Assembly: GCA_030390025.1 (NCBI GenBank)
Contig: CM059432.1
Coordinates: 146,198,001-146,262,000, forward strand
Direction of reading: 5' to 3'
DNA: 64,000 nucleotides
From: Squalus acanthias
Taxonomy: Eukaryota
Below the pieces are notes generated by a model. That model worked only from the letters and a program-made list of their open reading frames with translations. It searched no databases and was not told where the DNA came from. The position numbers were made by a program, and so were the translations under genes. Shown here piece after piece: positions 1 to 12,164 of the stretch (positions are counted from its first letter, which is position 1; every line of letters begins with the position of its first letter).

Positions 1-1620
1 TTCAGAATTTTAAAGACATCTATTAGGTCATACCTCAGCCTTCTCTTTTCAAGAGAAAAGAGACCCAGCCTGTCCATCCTTTCCTGATAGGTATAACCTC
101 GCAGTTCTGATATCATCCTTGTAAATCTTTCTTGGAACCTCTCCAGTGTGTCTATATTTTTATAATATGTGACCCCAGAACTGTACACAGTACTCAAGTG
201 TGGTCTAACCTAGGTTTGATGCAAGTTTAGTGTAACTTCTCTACTTTTCAATTCTATCTCTCTAGAAATAAACCCTAGTGCTTGGTTTGCTTTTTTTTAT
301 GGCCTTATTAATCTGCGTCGCTACTTTGTAATTTGTGTATTTGTATTCCGAGATCCCTTTGATCTTCTACCCCATTTAGATTCTTATTTTCCAAATAATA
401 TGTGGCCTCCTTATTTTTATGTGTTGAAATTCATTTGCCAATTATATGTCCAGTCTGCAAATTTATTAATTTCGTCTTGTAATTTGTTGCAGTCCTCCTC
501 CATATTGAATATCCCTCCCAATTTGGTGTCATCCACAAATTTTGAAATTTTTTTTGATTCCAAAAGCTAAATCGTTAAAATAAATTGTGAACAACAGTGG
601 TCCCAGTAGTGATCCTTGTGGGATCTCACTTCCCACCTTCTGCCACTCTGAATAGCTACCCTTTACTCCTACTCTCTGCTTTCTGTCGTGCCGCCAGCTA
701 TCTATTCTGGCACTTGTCTCCTGACTCCGCATGCGCTGACCTTATTAGTCTATTATGTGATACCTTAACGAAAGCCTTTTGGAAATCTAGATATATAGCA
801 TCTACTACATTACCTTTGTCTACTCTCTCCGTTACCTCTTCAAAGAATTCAGTGAGGTTGGTCAAGCAAAACCTTCCTGTTTGAAATCCATGCTGACTAT
901 TCATTACAGTTTTAGTTTCTAGATGATTTTCTATTTTCTCCTTTAGTAGGGATTTCATTAATTTTCCTACCACTTATGTTAAGCTGACTGGTCTATAGTT
1001 CCCTGGACATGTTCTATCTCCCTTCTTAAATATAGGTATAATGTTAGCTGTCTGCCAGTCCTCTGGCACTACACCTTTTTCTAACATTATTAAATATGTG
1101 TAATAGTGCCTCTGCTATCTCTTCCTAGATTCTTTTAAAATGCACGGATGGAATCCGTTTGGACCAGGGGTTTTATCCTGAGTTTGATTTAATTTTTTTA
1201 ATTTTTCTCCTTTATTTTAGTTTTAAATGTGGTTATATCATTTCTAATCTCAACTTCAGATGTTATGTCCACCTGATCTGTCTCCCTGGTAAATACTGAA
1301 GCAAAATAATTATTTAAAATTTCTGCCATTTCGCTATCGCTGCCTGTGATTTTTATCCTGTCTGTCCCTTAGTGAACCTATTCCCATCCCAACGTTCCTT
1401 TTTAAAAAAAAATTATGTGCCTGTAGAATATTTAACTATTTTGTTGTATGTTCCTTGTTAATTTAATTTCATAGTTCCTCTTTGCCTTTCTAATTGTTTA
1501 TTTGATTTCTCTCCTAATCTCTTCATATTCTCCCTTGTCATGCTCTCCCCTGCTGTCCATGTACTTAGTGTAAGCCTCTTTCCTTACCCTTAATTGATTC
1601 TTTTTGTCTTTCTTCATCCA
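1..1620 (-). mobile_element. Decayed CR1 LINE ORF2 (RT) fragment
   Basis: Minus frames give CR1 RT motifs SQHGF..CLTNL.EFFEEVT, YLDFQKAF, PQGSLLGPLLF; frameshifts and stops. Confidence 0.9.
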
Positions 1621-2465
1621 TGGTGTCTCATTAGTGTTTAGTTTGTTCTTGGTTTTTTAGACGTAAATTGTTATTGCTTTTGCGATCAAAACTTTTTTGC
1701 TGGTTAAAAGACAAATTTCAGTAGAAAATGTGCAGAGTTTCTTGTACAAAGTACAAGCTCGTTAGTCACTCAAATATATAAAAATCATCTTCTGTAAAAT
1801 AGACCTGAAACTTAATGACGTAGGATAGTATCCTTATTGGTTCTACTTCGTACCCTAAGTTTGTGGGTTAATGTATATTCCTGCAATTTATCACTTGTAA
1901 TATTGAGTAATGGAGGTGATTACAAATGGTCACGTAACTTACTTATATAACTGTTCTTTAAATTTCCCAGCTTATTCCCGGTGGTGAAGGCCCTGAAGTA
2001 TGAATGGATCCCTCTGACTTTCAACTAAGTGAAGTTTTGAGTCTCTGCTACTTCTGTTTTCTTATTCACTTCTGTTTTTTGACACCTTGATTTTTTTTTT
2101 AAAGTTTATTTTTATGAGAAAAGAATTTCCAGGAAGTGTGCATTTATTTTGTATGTTGAACGAAGAGCGCATTGTCTCAGAAGTGAGAGGTGAATCATGG
2201 CTGAGTGTATGCAAAACTTGATTTGTTTTTAAAGAGAAAAAAATAAAGTGTTTTTTTTTTTCACTAATGTTCTGATTTCAGTTTTACATTGTGTGCAACC
2301 CGTATTGGAATGAAACTGCTTTTTATATTTGAAGTAGATTTTGTGAATCTAGTGTAACCTCTCATTTTAATGCCACATCTTCTTGAAAAGGGTTAATTTT
2401 GGGAATGTGTCGGTATTGTTACTTGGGGTTGTTTCGATGGGCTGAATTAAGATTTCATTGTCTAA

Positions 2466-2800
2466 GGGACTCTCCAGTGGTTCAGTAACTAAATAGCTTA
2501 GCGCTGAGGTGTACAAGTCAGGAAGGTCCCAAGTTCATTCTTGGTCTTGGTGATCTTGGTCAGGATAGTTAGAGTTTGTAACCATTGGTTTCAGTGTCCC
2601 TGGGCTTGGGAGGGGAAACGATCAGCTATGATTCTTGCTCCTGATTGTTCGTTGAATCCTTCTGGAAGTTTGTATGTGTGGATGGATGCTGGATGAGGGC
2701 AGGATGATGCAATGCCCGTGTGATCGAATAAACTGCCGCCACTCATCGCATAGACTCATACATGAAGACTCTCCACTTTAGTGAAGTAATAGAGGGCTGT
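2466..2800 (+). mobile_element. Old tRNA-derived SINE, AmnSINE2-like
   Basis: Degenerate A box (GTGGTTCAGT) and B box (AAGTTCATTC); body CAGGAAGGTCCC..CCCTGGGCTTGGGAGGGGAAA..TCGAATAAACTGCC..CATGAAGA resembles AmnSINE2 as recalled, not searched. Confidence 0.6.
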
Positions 2801-2812
2801 TGTAGTCATAAT

Positions 2813-3561
2813 GGGCCAGAATTTTGACAGCAAAATAACATTGAGTTAAAGGCGCACAGCGTTATTAGCGTGTTTTTTTCTTTAAAAAAAAATCCATCAT
2901 TTGTGGCGAGGAAGAGATACGTTGAGTTGCAGATCATGACAAATTTATGGACGATTTGCGCCACTCCTCCATTGGCCTCTCAAAAATGGCTCACTATCGA
3001 TCTCCCCTTGAGTTTTAATAAATGGCTGGATTTGCGTCATAAATACGAGTTAAATTTGGCTCAAAGTTAGGGCTGGTATTCCACGATGCAAGTACCCTTT
3101 AAATGACGAGATACATGTTCCTGCAATGCCATTCCACCTCAGAGGCTCAGAAAGGGAACAGTTGAAACTATGGAGTCTCACTCTGCAGGTAGTAAATTGT
3201 TCTTGGAGAATTTTTTTTAAAACATAATTTTCTACATTTCTTTCTTTTCCTTTGTCTCTTTCCCCCCCTCCCCTCTCTCAATCCAATCCTTCCCTCTTTA
3301 TTTCTGTGTATCTAATTTGACTCTCATTCACCCTATTTCCTTGTTTGTTGCTTCTTTCTCTCACGTTTAATTGGTTAAGGAGATAAACTATTGGTTCCAT
3401 CATTCACCAAAGTCCCGGATGCCCCGTTGACTGTGCCGTGCCGTTATCATCTTGCACTTGCAGCAATTTACGGTGCAAAATTAATTGGAGCTACAGGTAA
3501 CAAAAAAAAAACAACTCACGGCGCTCGTCGCGAGATATCCTGCTCCAGCAAATTCTGGGCC
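2813..3561. mobile_element. PIF/Harbinger-type MITE
   Basis: Termini GGGCCAGAATTT / AAATTCTGGGCC; 3-bp flanks AAT/GAT; related end at ~41950-42002. Confidence 0.7.
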
Positions 3562-4700
3562 GATGTTCAGGAGAGGAGGGGAATGTTAAAGTTCTGGAAA
3601 GTTTACAGAAGAGGAAGATTTATGCAATGGGTTACTACACACTCTGTTTACTATTGGAATGATGCTTTTGTCTCTAGCTATGTGGGCTCTAACGGAAATA
3701 TATGTCCAATAGACAGTGGAATGATGCCATAGCTAAAAACTCTTAAGAAATAGCCAGTTGCTGCGCTAAATTAGCAATCTGAAGTCAGAAGGATGATTAG
3801 TATTGGAGATGTCACTGATGCAGTGTGGGATATTATTTTGAGTTAGGGTTCAAACATATATGAAAGAAGGAGCATAATGTTATGACCCTGGGTGTCATAA
3901 ATGGATATATTTAATTTCCCATAATGAATTTCTTGATAGCAAAAAAAGGTTCTAGAAGAGTAGAAAGTCTTGCGAAAGAATCAGTATCTGCTATAATGGA
4001 CACAATTCTGTTTTGTATCTGTTAAATAAAGATTTTTATTTGCAGTCCCCCTCCAAGTTCAAGGACCCAGGTCTGTCCTATCAGGCTTTGCACCAGTTAC
4101 AGTTTTACCACAGTTACAGTTATACCACAGTCAGTGTGCGACTACCTCCATATGGTCTTGCACTTGACACCAAACATAGATTCAGGTGATTGTTGCTGAT
4201 TCTTGCATTGCTCAAAATATATTCTGCGTAGCTGTTCCATTTGATATAGAACTATAGAAGTGAAATTTACAGCCCAGCAGAAGGCAATTGAGCCATCATG
4301 TCCAAATCTAATCCCATTGCTGTCCTGTCTTCCCATAGCCCTTGTATCTTTCTCTTTCGCCACATCTTCCTCTGATTCAAATATTTTTCCCTTGAGAGAT
4401 CATCTGACTCGATCACTCCTTGTGACAATGCTTTTGTCATATAGATTTAAAAAGTTTATTTTTCAATAGAAAGTTTGCAAAGAAAACACTTGCATTAATA
4501 TTGAGTGTCTTGGGATTTGCAAAAGCACTTCACATGTAATTAATTACTTTGCTGCTGTGTGAATATGATTGCTCCTGTTTTAAGAGCTTGGATGGTTTCC
4601 TGAATATGAAGCTCTTCAGAACCTGAATACAGTGGCTCCCTCAGCAGCAATAGCAGTTTTGTCTCTACTATGAGATTGTTTAGAGAACTGCATGGTTGCA

Positions 4701-5356
4701 TAAGAACATAAGAATTAGGAGCAGGCCATACGGCCCCTTGAGCCTGCTCTGCCATTCAATAAGATCCTGGCTGATCTTTGACCTCAACTCCACTTTCCTG
4801 CCCGATCCCCATATCCCTTGATTCCCCGAGAGTCCAAAAATCTATCTATCTCGGCCTTAAATATACTCAACGACTCAGCATTCACAGTTGGAGAATTCCA
4901 AAGATTCTCAACCCTCAGTGAAGAAATTCCTACTCCTCTCAGTCTTAAATGACTGACCCCTTATCCTGAGACTGTACTCCCTAGTTCTAGACTCTCAAGC
5001 TAAAGGAAACAACCGCTCAGCATCTACCCTATCAAGCCCCTCAGAATCTTATATGTTTCAATGCGATCACCTCTCATTCTTCTAAACTCCAGAGAGTATA
5101 GGCCCAATCTACTCTCTCTCTCCTCCTAGGACAACCCTCATCCCAGGAATCAATCTAGTGAACCTTTGTTGCACCGCCTCCAAGGGAAGTATATCCTTCC
5201 TTAGATAAGGAGACCAAAACTGCACATTACTCCAGGTGTGGTCTCACCAAAGCCCTGTACAATTGTAGCAAGACTTCCTTATTCTTGTACTCCAACCCCC
5301 TTGCAATAAAGGTCAACATGCCATTTGCTTTCCGAATTGCTTGCAGTACCTGCATG
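4701..5356 (-). mobile_element. CR1 (HER1-type) LINE 3' fragment
   Basis: Reverse complement of the RT C-terminus and the tail GATCAGCC..TTATTGAATGGCAGAGCAGGCTC..CTTATGTTCTTA. Confidence 0.9.
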
Positions 5357-5406
5357 TTTCTGGACAAATCAGAGCGAAATAATAGAATCTAAAGCAAAAA
5401 GAGTAA

Positions 5407-6297
5407 GGGGGAAAAATTCAGTTGGTTGCGCCTCCCGTTAGCGCCTTAAGAGGGCGCTAATGGGGCGCAAAGCATCTAGCGCCCAGGCGCGGCGAAGTTT
5501 GCGCCGCTCGCGAAATTAACTAGATATTTTGCGGCGGCGCTAAACACTACCGCCACGATCTCCTGCGCCGGCAGATCGTGACGTCACTCGAGTGCGCAAC
5601 GCCCCGGTATCGCCCCGGAGCGGATATTGAGTGGCGCCCCCTGCCTTACCGCCTGACGCTAGCAACGACAGGTTTAGGGGAGCGTTCTGCAGTCATGAAG
5701 GGAAAGGGGGAGTGCTATTTAAAGGTGACCGCTTCCTGCCTTTTATTGTTGGTGCCATTTTTGAACTACGCATTCTGAGAGAGAGGGAGAGACTTCTGGA
5801 GAGATTCAACGTTGTGTGAAGGAGTTTTGGGTACTGAGCAGCACTTTGCAGGTTCATTTTGATTTGCCATTCCTTGTATCGATTTAGCAGAGACTGTGGG
5901 GTCTGCATTCTGAGCTCTTGGCCTGGTCCCCTCCATTGTTCTTTCCAGCACATTTGATGTGCAGGTCTCTCCAGGCCGAGATTCAAGGCTGCAATGAGCA
6001 GGATGTGGATGGAAAGCAAGATTAACCATCCCCTTTAAGAACTGGCCTGTGCCATTGTGTGTGTGTTCCATTGCTGACTGACATTACATGAGCTTCGCCA
6101 GCGCTCTGAGGTAGCGCCTCGCTCCCAGGCCTTTGCGCCTTAAGACAGGTGTGAAGCGCCTGATTTAGCGCTCCAATCACCTCCAGGGGCGATAAAAGTC
6201 ACATTTGCAGTCGGTGGCGATAATTAGCGCCAGGCGCTAATCTTTGCGCCCGGCCGATAATTGCGCCCCAAATGGGGCGCGACTGAATTTCTCCCCC
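5407..6297. mobile_element. Harbinger MITE family A, copy 1 (891 bp)
   Basis: TIR GGGGGAAAAATTCAG / CTGAATTTCTCCCCC; perfect TAA TSD; close copies at 10852 and 48328. Confidence 0.93.
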
Positions 6298-6938
6298 TAA
6301 GTGTTTGGATGAAGGAATAAAGTCAGCGGATTTTGTATTGAAGGAAACTGAACAGTGTGAAATTAACAATTTTTCAACCTCTCACCCTGTTTAAAAAAAA
6401 AAAATTTAATTTGAAAGATGAGTATTGCATCAGCACTAAAGATAGAATCTTAGAAATTTACAGCAAGAATGAATTGTTCCTCAGTCCAGGAAATTCATCC
6501 CTAACCCAATATAAAGCTAAAGTGTAGCCCTCTTGAGTTAATTCCTTCAATAGCAAGTACAGGAAGACGTGTGGTTTGGGGGGGGGGGGGCAGGGAAGGG
6601 AAGAGCCTCAATACAACTTCATCACCCCAGCTCCTTTGCAAACTGATGTTTAATAGAATCAGTAAACAGTAAGTGGAAATGGTCCTCCAAAAAGAAGGCT
6701 CTTGAGAATTCATGTAGTGCTTTTCCGATTAATGCAATTCTCATTATGTTTCAACCACAGCACACACTCCATTTGCAATGGGATGTTTCTATCAGTTGAA
6801 TCTATTTAGGTAACCAGGTTCTACCTCAAGGAAAATCACTTTCCAACAGACCAGGTAAATAAGCTGCAATAAAGCCAGCAAAAGCAATAAAGTGCTATGA
6901 CCTGACCCATTTACAATCTTATTGGCTCATCAGAATAC

Positions 6939-7360
6939 TGTTGGTGAAAAATGAATTCACTCGAGTCTGTCTCAAAGCAGAAGATCACAGTTTATTTAAC
7001 AGAGCGCTCTGTGAGAAGAGCCATAGATCCCGCGGTCTAGTGATCCACTTCTCGACCTTACAGTGGTATCGGAACTTGTTTTATACATTATAGGGTCGGA
7101 AACGCAATTCATTACATACAAATGTCTTCACCCAATCACATTCCCCCAGCAACAAGCACCTAATTATAATCTGCACTTTAAGTTATATTTTTACTTCCCT
7201 ACCGAAACTATAAACATACTATTATTGTCTTAGTGGGCCTCGCACGTACGCATGTTGACCACAGACATTACTCATCGCACTGTGTCAGCGAAACCATTCT
7301 GTATTTACGAATTTACCTTTTACATTACATTCTTTAAGCCCTATAATTTTTACTCTAACA
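6939..7360 (-). mobile_element. Solo LTR (ERV/Gypsy-like)
   Basis: TGTT...AACA termini; perfect 4-bp TSD ATAC; minus-strand TATAAAA (~7080) and AATAAA (~7012). Confidence 0.85.
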
Positions 7361-8092
7361 ATACAAAGAACAAGATGTAAGAATTTGTTCTTGTTTAGCA
7401 ATGGAAGGCTAAAGTATCAACCTGTGGGATGTTCAGAGCTCCTAGCACATTGTAAGATCTTAATGATCTCTGAGTTTTTGGACAAGACACCAATAGGCAG
7501 CAGCCAGTATGTTTGAGCAATAGATCAAGATTTATTAAGCTTGCAGTGTAATATACTTAACCTTAGGCGATAGTTTTAACGAGTAGCTCACAGCCCTTGG
7601 TCTCTGGAACCTCTTGGACATAAATGACATCGTCTTAAGTCTGTTCCTTTGTTCTCGCAGTAAGTCTGTGTGAAGTTGTTCTTTGAGTAAAGAGGTTTTA
7701 ACCCTTATCAAAAGTTGGTTTGGCCAGTGTCCATATATGGTCTTTAACAAAATCACCTTTCATAATTGGTTCTAATGGTCAAAATACCAATGTCACTCAG
7801 ACTAAAGTTAGCATCTTGGCCACACCTTTTTCAGTACTTTTCCACAACCCTATCCTGCTGTCTTGTTATCTTGTTTATAGTTTTTCACCCCATTGGAATT
7901 TACCATATCTCTCTTATTCCTAGCTTCAAGCAGTACAAGGCCTTTATACCAAGGGCCCATATCAGCGCTGTTTCACTAGTCTTGAGGTATTCAGCCTATC
8001 TCACTTTAGTCTACCAGATAAATACCTTAACTTCCATGAGATCTCTCATTTTATGTCCTTATACTAATTATCCTTTAAATATTGTTGCAATT

Positions 8093-8305
8093 ACCTTCAA
8101 GTCACACACCATTCTGACTTGGACATATATTGCTGTTACTTCATTGTCGCTGGGTCAAAATCCTGGAACTCCCTACCCAACAGCATTGTGGGACTGCCAT
8201 CATCACATGGACCGCAGGGTACTGAATTTGGATGATCAGCCATGATCTCATGAAATGGCGGAGCAGGCTCAAGGGGCCGAATGGCCTACTCCTATCTTCT
8301 ATGTT
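8093..8305 (+). mobile_element. Chimera: 125-bp copy of 9665-9789 joined to a short CR1 3' tail
   Basis: 8093-8217 matches 9665-9789 with 2 mismatches; 8218-8305 is a CR1 tail resembling 22780-22870. Confidence 0.85.
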
Positions 8306-8338
8306 AAGCAAAATCTAAGTTCTATTCAGCATTATAAT

Positions 8339-9105
8339 GGCCCAGAAATTCGCCTCTCCGGCTTGCCGCGGGGGTAATGATCGCGCACGCACTTACCTAC
8401 CGCGCCTGCCGTTGTGTTTTGGGCCCACGGGAACTTCAGCTCCTGGGCCTCTCCCAACTGCCGGCGCGCAGTGCTTGCGTGTCCCAGGGGCGCAGTTAGT
8501 GCGATGCGTCCCCTGGGATCATGTGGGCCATGGAGAGCCAATGGCAGGAGACTATCTTTCATTCATAGATTTGACAGGAGACCTGTCAAATCTGTGAATT
8601 GAAATCGGCCCCAAAAGAACAGCTAAACTTAAAATAATTTTTTTTTAAAACCCATCACATTTTTAAAATAACTATAGTTAAATAAATTAACCACTTTAAA
8701 CAAAAATTTTAATTTTTGAAAAAATGTAAAATACTTTTTAAAAGTGATAAAAAAATAAACTTACCTTTCTTTAAAGTATCTAAAAAAGATAAACCTGTTG
8801 AAATTTTTTTTTAATTATACTTAATTAACCACTTACCTTGTTGAAAACGGGTCCTGCGCCTCCTTTTTATAAGCGTAGGTTCTTCACTACTTACCCTCTC
8901 GTAGAAACCTGAAAAAAACCTAAGTTTGCTGCGTGCGCGCAGCCTCTACCGCGCACGCGGTTCACCTAGGAACCGCCCCCTTCACCATACCGGAAGTTCC
9001 GGTTTCCCGCGCATGCGCAGTGCATGCAGGAAATCGGCACTTCGGGACGCTTTACGGGTGAGTACACAATGCGTACTCACCCGGGAAGGGCCGAATTTTT
9101 GGCCC
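8339..9105. mobile_element. Harbinger MITE family B, copy 1
   Basis: TIR GGCCCAGAAATTCG / CGAATTTTTGGCCC; AAT TSD; inverted sister copy at 56038-56723. Confidence 0.9.
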
Positions 9106-9469
9106 AATATGTTTTTTTTTAGCAATTTAACCTTCACTCGCAGTCTGTGGCTGTTTATTATCAAAACTGCTTTTGACTGTCTGCAGCTGCATTTTGAACA
9201 AGTCTTAGCTTTTTAGTTACCCAGGAGTAATTATGGGTAATATTATTTGGTCAATGGCTACACTTGAATTTGTATATGATTCTCATCAACTAAATATCAG
9301 CCTTTCCTACAACATAGAGGGGCACATATGGAAAATACAAATTTAATTTGGGAACAAAGTCATGATCACTTAATTTTCCATCTAATAATAAATGAAAGGA
9401 ATTGGTGCCCCCTACATGTGAGATACAATAGGGTGTGATTTAATACCTTGTTTTAATGTCACTTGACAA

Positions 9470-9850
9470 TATCCAGGACAAGGCAGTCCGCTTGATTGGC
9501 ACCCCAACCACTGGCTTAAACATCCACACCCTCCACCATCGGCATACTGTGGCTGCATTGTGTACTATCTACAGGATGAACTGCAGTAATTTACCAAGGC
9601 TTCTTAGGCAGTATCTCCCAAAATGATGACCTCTACCACTTAGAAGGTTCATAGCCGCACCATCACCTTCAAGTCACACACCATTCTGACTTGGACATAT
9701 ATTGCTGTTCCTTCATTGTCGCTGGGTCAAAATCCTGGAACTCCCTACCCACCAGCATTGTGGGACTGCCATCATCACATGGACCGCAGCAATTTAAGAA
9801 GGTGGCCCACTACCACCTACTCACGGGCAGATATGGATGGGCAATAAATG
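9470..9850 (+). mobile_element. 3' fragment of the tRNA-headed CR1-group LINE family
   Basis: Homologous to 55240-55650, ending GGATGGGCAATAAATG. Confidence 0.85.
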
Positions 9851-9859
9851 TTATAGCAT

Positions 9860-10545
9860 AGGTTCAGAGGTAGGGCAGGTTTAGCTTAATTGTTTCCAAT
9901 GTGGGTGGGGATGTTGTGGAATGCAGCTGATCAGATGGTCTTATTCTTTGTGACAAAGAAGTCAATGAGCTCTTTGCACTTGGAGGTGAGGGGGAAGGAG
10001 TTTAACGAGACAGTTTGTAGTGGGGAGAAGAAACCGCTTTCCTGAAGTAGTGGGTGGTTTTGGCAGAGGAGAGCGATGCCTGATAGTGTTTGCTGTGGTC
10101 TAGCAAGATTTGATGAAGGATGGCTCAATCAGTTGTGCGCTGGATACGCTGAAGTCTGCAGTTGTAAGTGACTGGGGGAGCTTTTTTCTGAGCTTGATGC
10201 AGAAGGAAGTGGGGTTAGAAGGTGGTAGATGGATGTGGGCGGTGAGGGATACAAGGGGGGGGGGGGTGATCGGAGATTACCTTGTCAGTGGTTAAGACTA
10301 TTGGAGTAGAGAGGCCCGTGAAACGGCAAAGTCAAGGGGGTAGCCATGAATATGGGCAAGAAATTTTATATGGTGGGCGGGGTTAAGGGAGGCAGAAGAT
10401 GAGGGAGAAAAGAAGGGAGGCTATCTTGGTGAGAAACATGGGTGGGCTTGTGGGGAGAGTAGAGAATGAGAATTTTAAAGCAGAGGTAAGATGGGAGGTA
10501 CATAGTGAGAAAATACCAGGGGAGTAGGGGGAGAGAACACTTGTG
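9860..10545 (-). mobile_element. Old L2-type LINE ORF2 fragment (endonuclease region)
   Basis: Minus-strand AHIHGYPLD (PTHxxGHxLD endonuclease motif); C/T-rich sense strand. Confidence 0.6.
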
Positions 10546-10851
10546 AAGCACAACCAGAAGTACAGTAATTGGGGTAGATATCTCTAAATGTTAGAGTAGT
10601 TATGGAAAAGGACAAGGAATAATCAAACGAGAACATGTTCAACTGCAAGAGAGCTAATTTCAATGAGTTGAAAGGGGATCTGGCCCAGGTGGATTGGAAT
10701 CCAGAGATTGGCAGGTAGAACAGTAAATGAGTGAGGGGAGGCCTTCATAGAGGAAATAATTCGGGTGCAGATTAGACACATTCCCATGAGGGGGGAAAGG
10801 AAGGACGTCCAAAGCTAGAGCTCCATGAATGACTAAAAATATAGAGATTAA

Positions 10852-11742
10852 GGGGGAAAAATTCAGTTGGTTGCGCCTCCCGTTAGCGCCTTAAGAGGGC
10901 GCTAATGGGGCACAAAGCATCTAGCGCCCGGGCGCGGCGATGTTTGCGCCGCTCGCAAAATTAACTAGACATTTTGCGGCGGCGCTAAACACTACCACCA
11001 CGATCTCCTGCGCCGGCAGATCGTGACGTCAGTCGAGTGCGCAACGCCCCGGTATCGTCCCAGAGCAGATATTGAGTGGCGCCCCCTGCCTTACCGCCTG
11101 ACGCTAGCAACGACAGGTTGAGGGGAGCATTTTGCAGTCATGAAGGGACTGGGGGAGCGCTATTTAAAGGTGACCGCTTCCTGCCTTTTATTGTTGGTGC
11201 CATTTTTGAACCACGCATTCTGAGAGAGAGAGAGAGACTTCTGGAGAGATTCAACGCTGTGTGAAGGAGTTTTGGGTACTGAGCAGCACTTTGCAGGTTC
11301 ATTTTGATTAGCCCTTCCTTGTATCGATTTAGAAGAGACTGCGGGGGCTGCACTCTAAGCTCTTTCCCTGGTACTCTCCATTGTTCTTTCCAGCACATTT
11401 GACGTGCAGGTCTCTCCAGGCCGGGATTCAAGGCTGCAATGCGCAGGATGTGGATGGAAAGCAAGATCAACCATCCCCTTTAAGAACTGGCCGGCGCCAT
11501 TGTGTGTGTGTTCCATTGCTGACTGACATCACATGAGCTTCGCCAGCGCTCTGAGGTAGCGCCTCGCTCCTCGGCCTTTGCGCCTTAAGACAGGTGTGAA
11601 GCGCCTGATTTAGCGCTCCAATCACCTCCAGGGGTGATAAAAGTCAAGTTTGCAGTCGGTGGCGATAATTAGCGCCAGGCGCTAATCTTTGCGCCCGGCC
11701 GATAATTACGCCCCAAATGGGGCGATACTGAATTTCTCCCCC
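10852..11742. mobile_element. Harbinger MITE family A, copy 2 (891 bp)
   Basis: Same TIRs as copy 1; perfect TAA TSD; lies at a junction between CR1 fragments (10560-10848 and 11746-12119). Confidence 0.93.
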
Positions 11743-11745
11743 TAA

Positions 11746-12119
11746 GTGTTCAAAATCATGAGTGGTCTAGACAAAGTAGAGAGAGAGAGAAACTGTTCCC
11801 ATTGGTGGAATGGTCGAGAGCCAAAGGACACAGATTTAAGGTGATTGGCAGAAGAACCAAAGGCGACATGAGGAAAAACTTTTTTACGCAGCGAGTGGTT
11901 AGGATCTGGAATTCACTGCCTGAAAGGGTGGTGGAGGCAGATTCAATTGTGGCTTTCAAAAGGGAATTGGATAAGTACCTGAAAGAAAAAAATTGCAGGC
12001 CTACAGGGAAAGGGCGGGGGAGTGGGACTAGCTAAAGTGCTCTTGCAGAGAGGCGGCACGGGCTCAATGGGCCAAATGGCCTCCTTCTGTGCTGTAACCA
12101 TTCCATGATTCTATGATTA
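11746..12119 (+). mobile_element. CR1 3' fragment
   Basis: KGHRFKV..RKNFFTQRVVRIWNSLP; tail CATGATTCTATGA. Confidence 0.88.
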
Positions 12120-12164
12120 CAATGAAGCACAAAAAGGAGGCTTATGATAAATGTAACAAGAAGT

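Noticed and set aside
7766..8245. 159-aa ORF
   Set aside because: Non-ATG start, no domain, runs into repeat sequence
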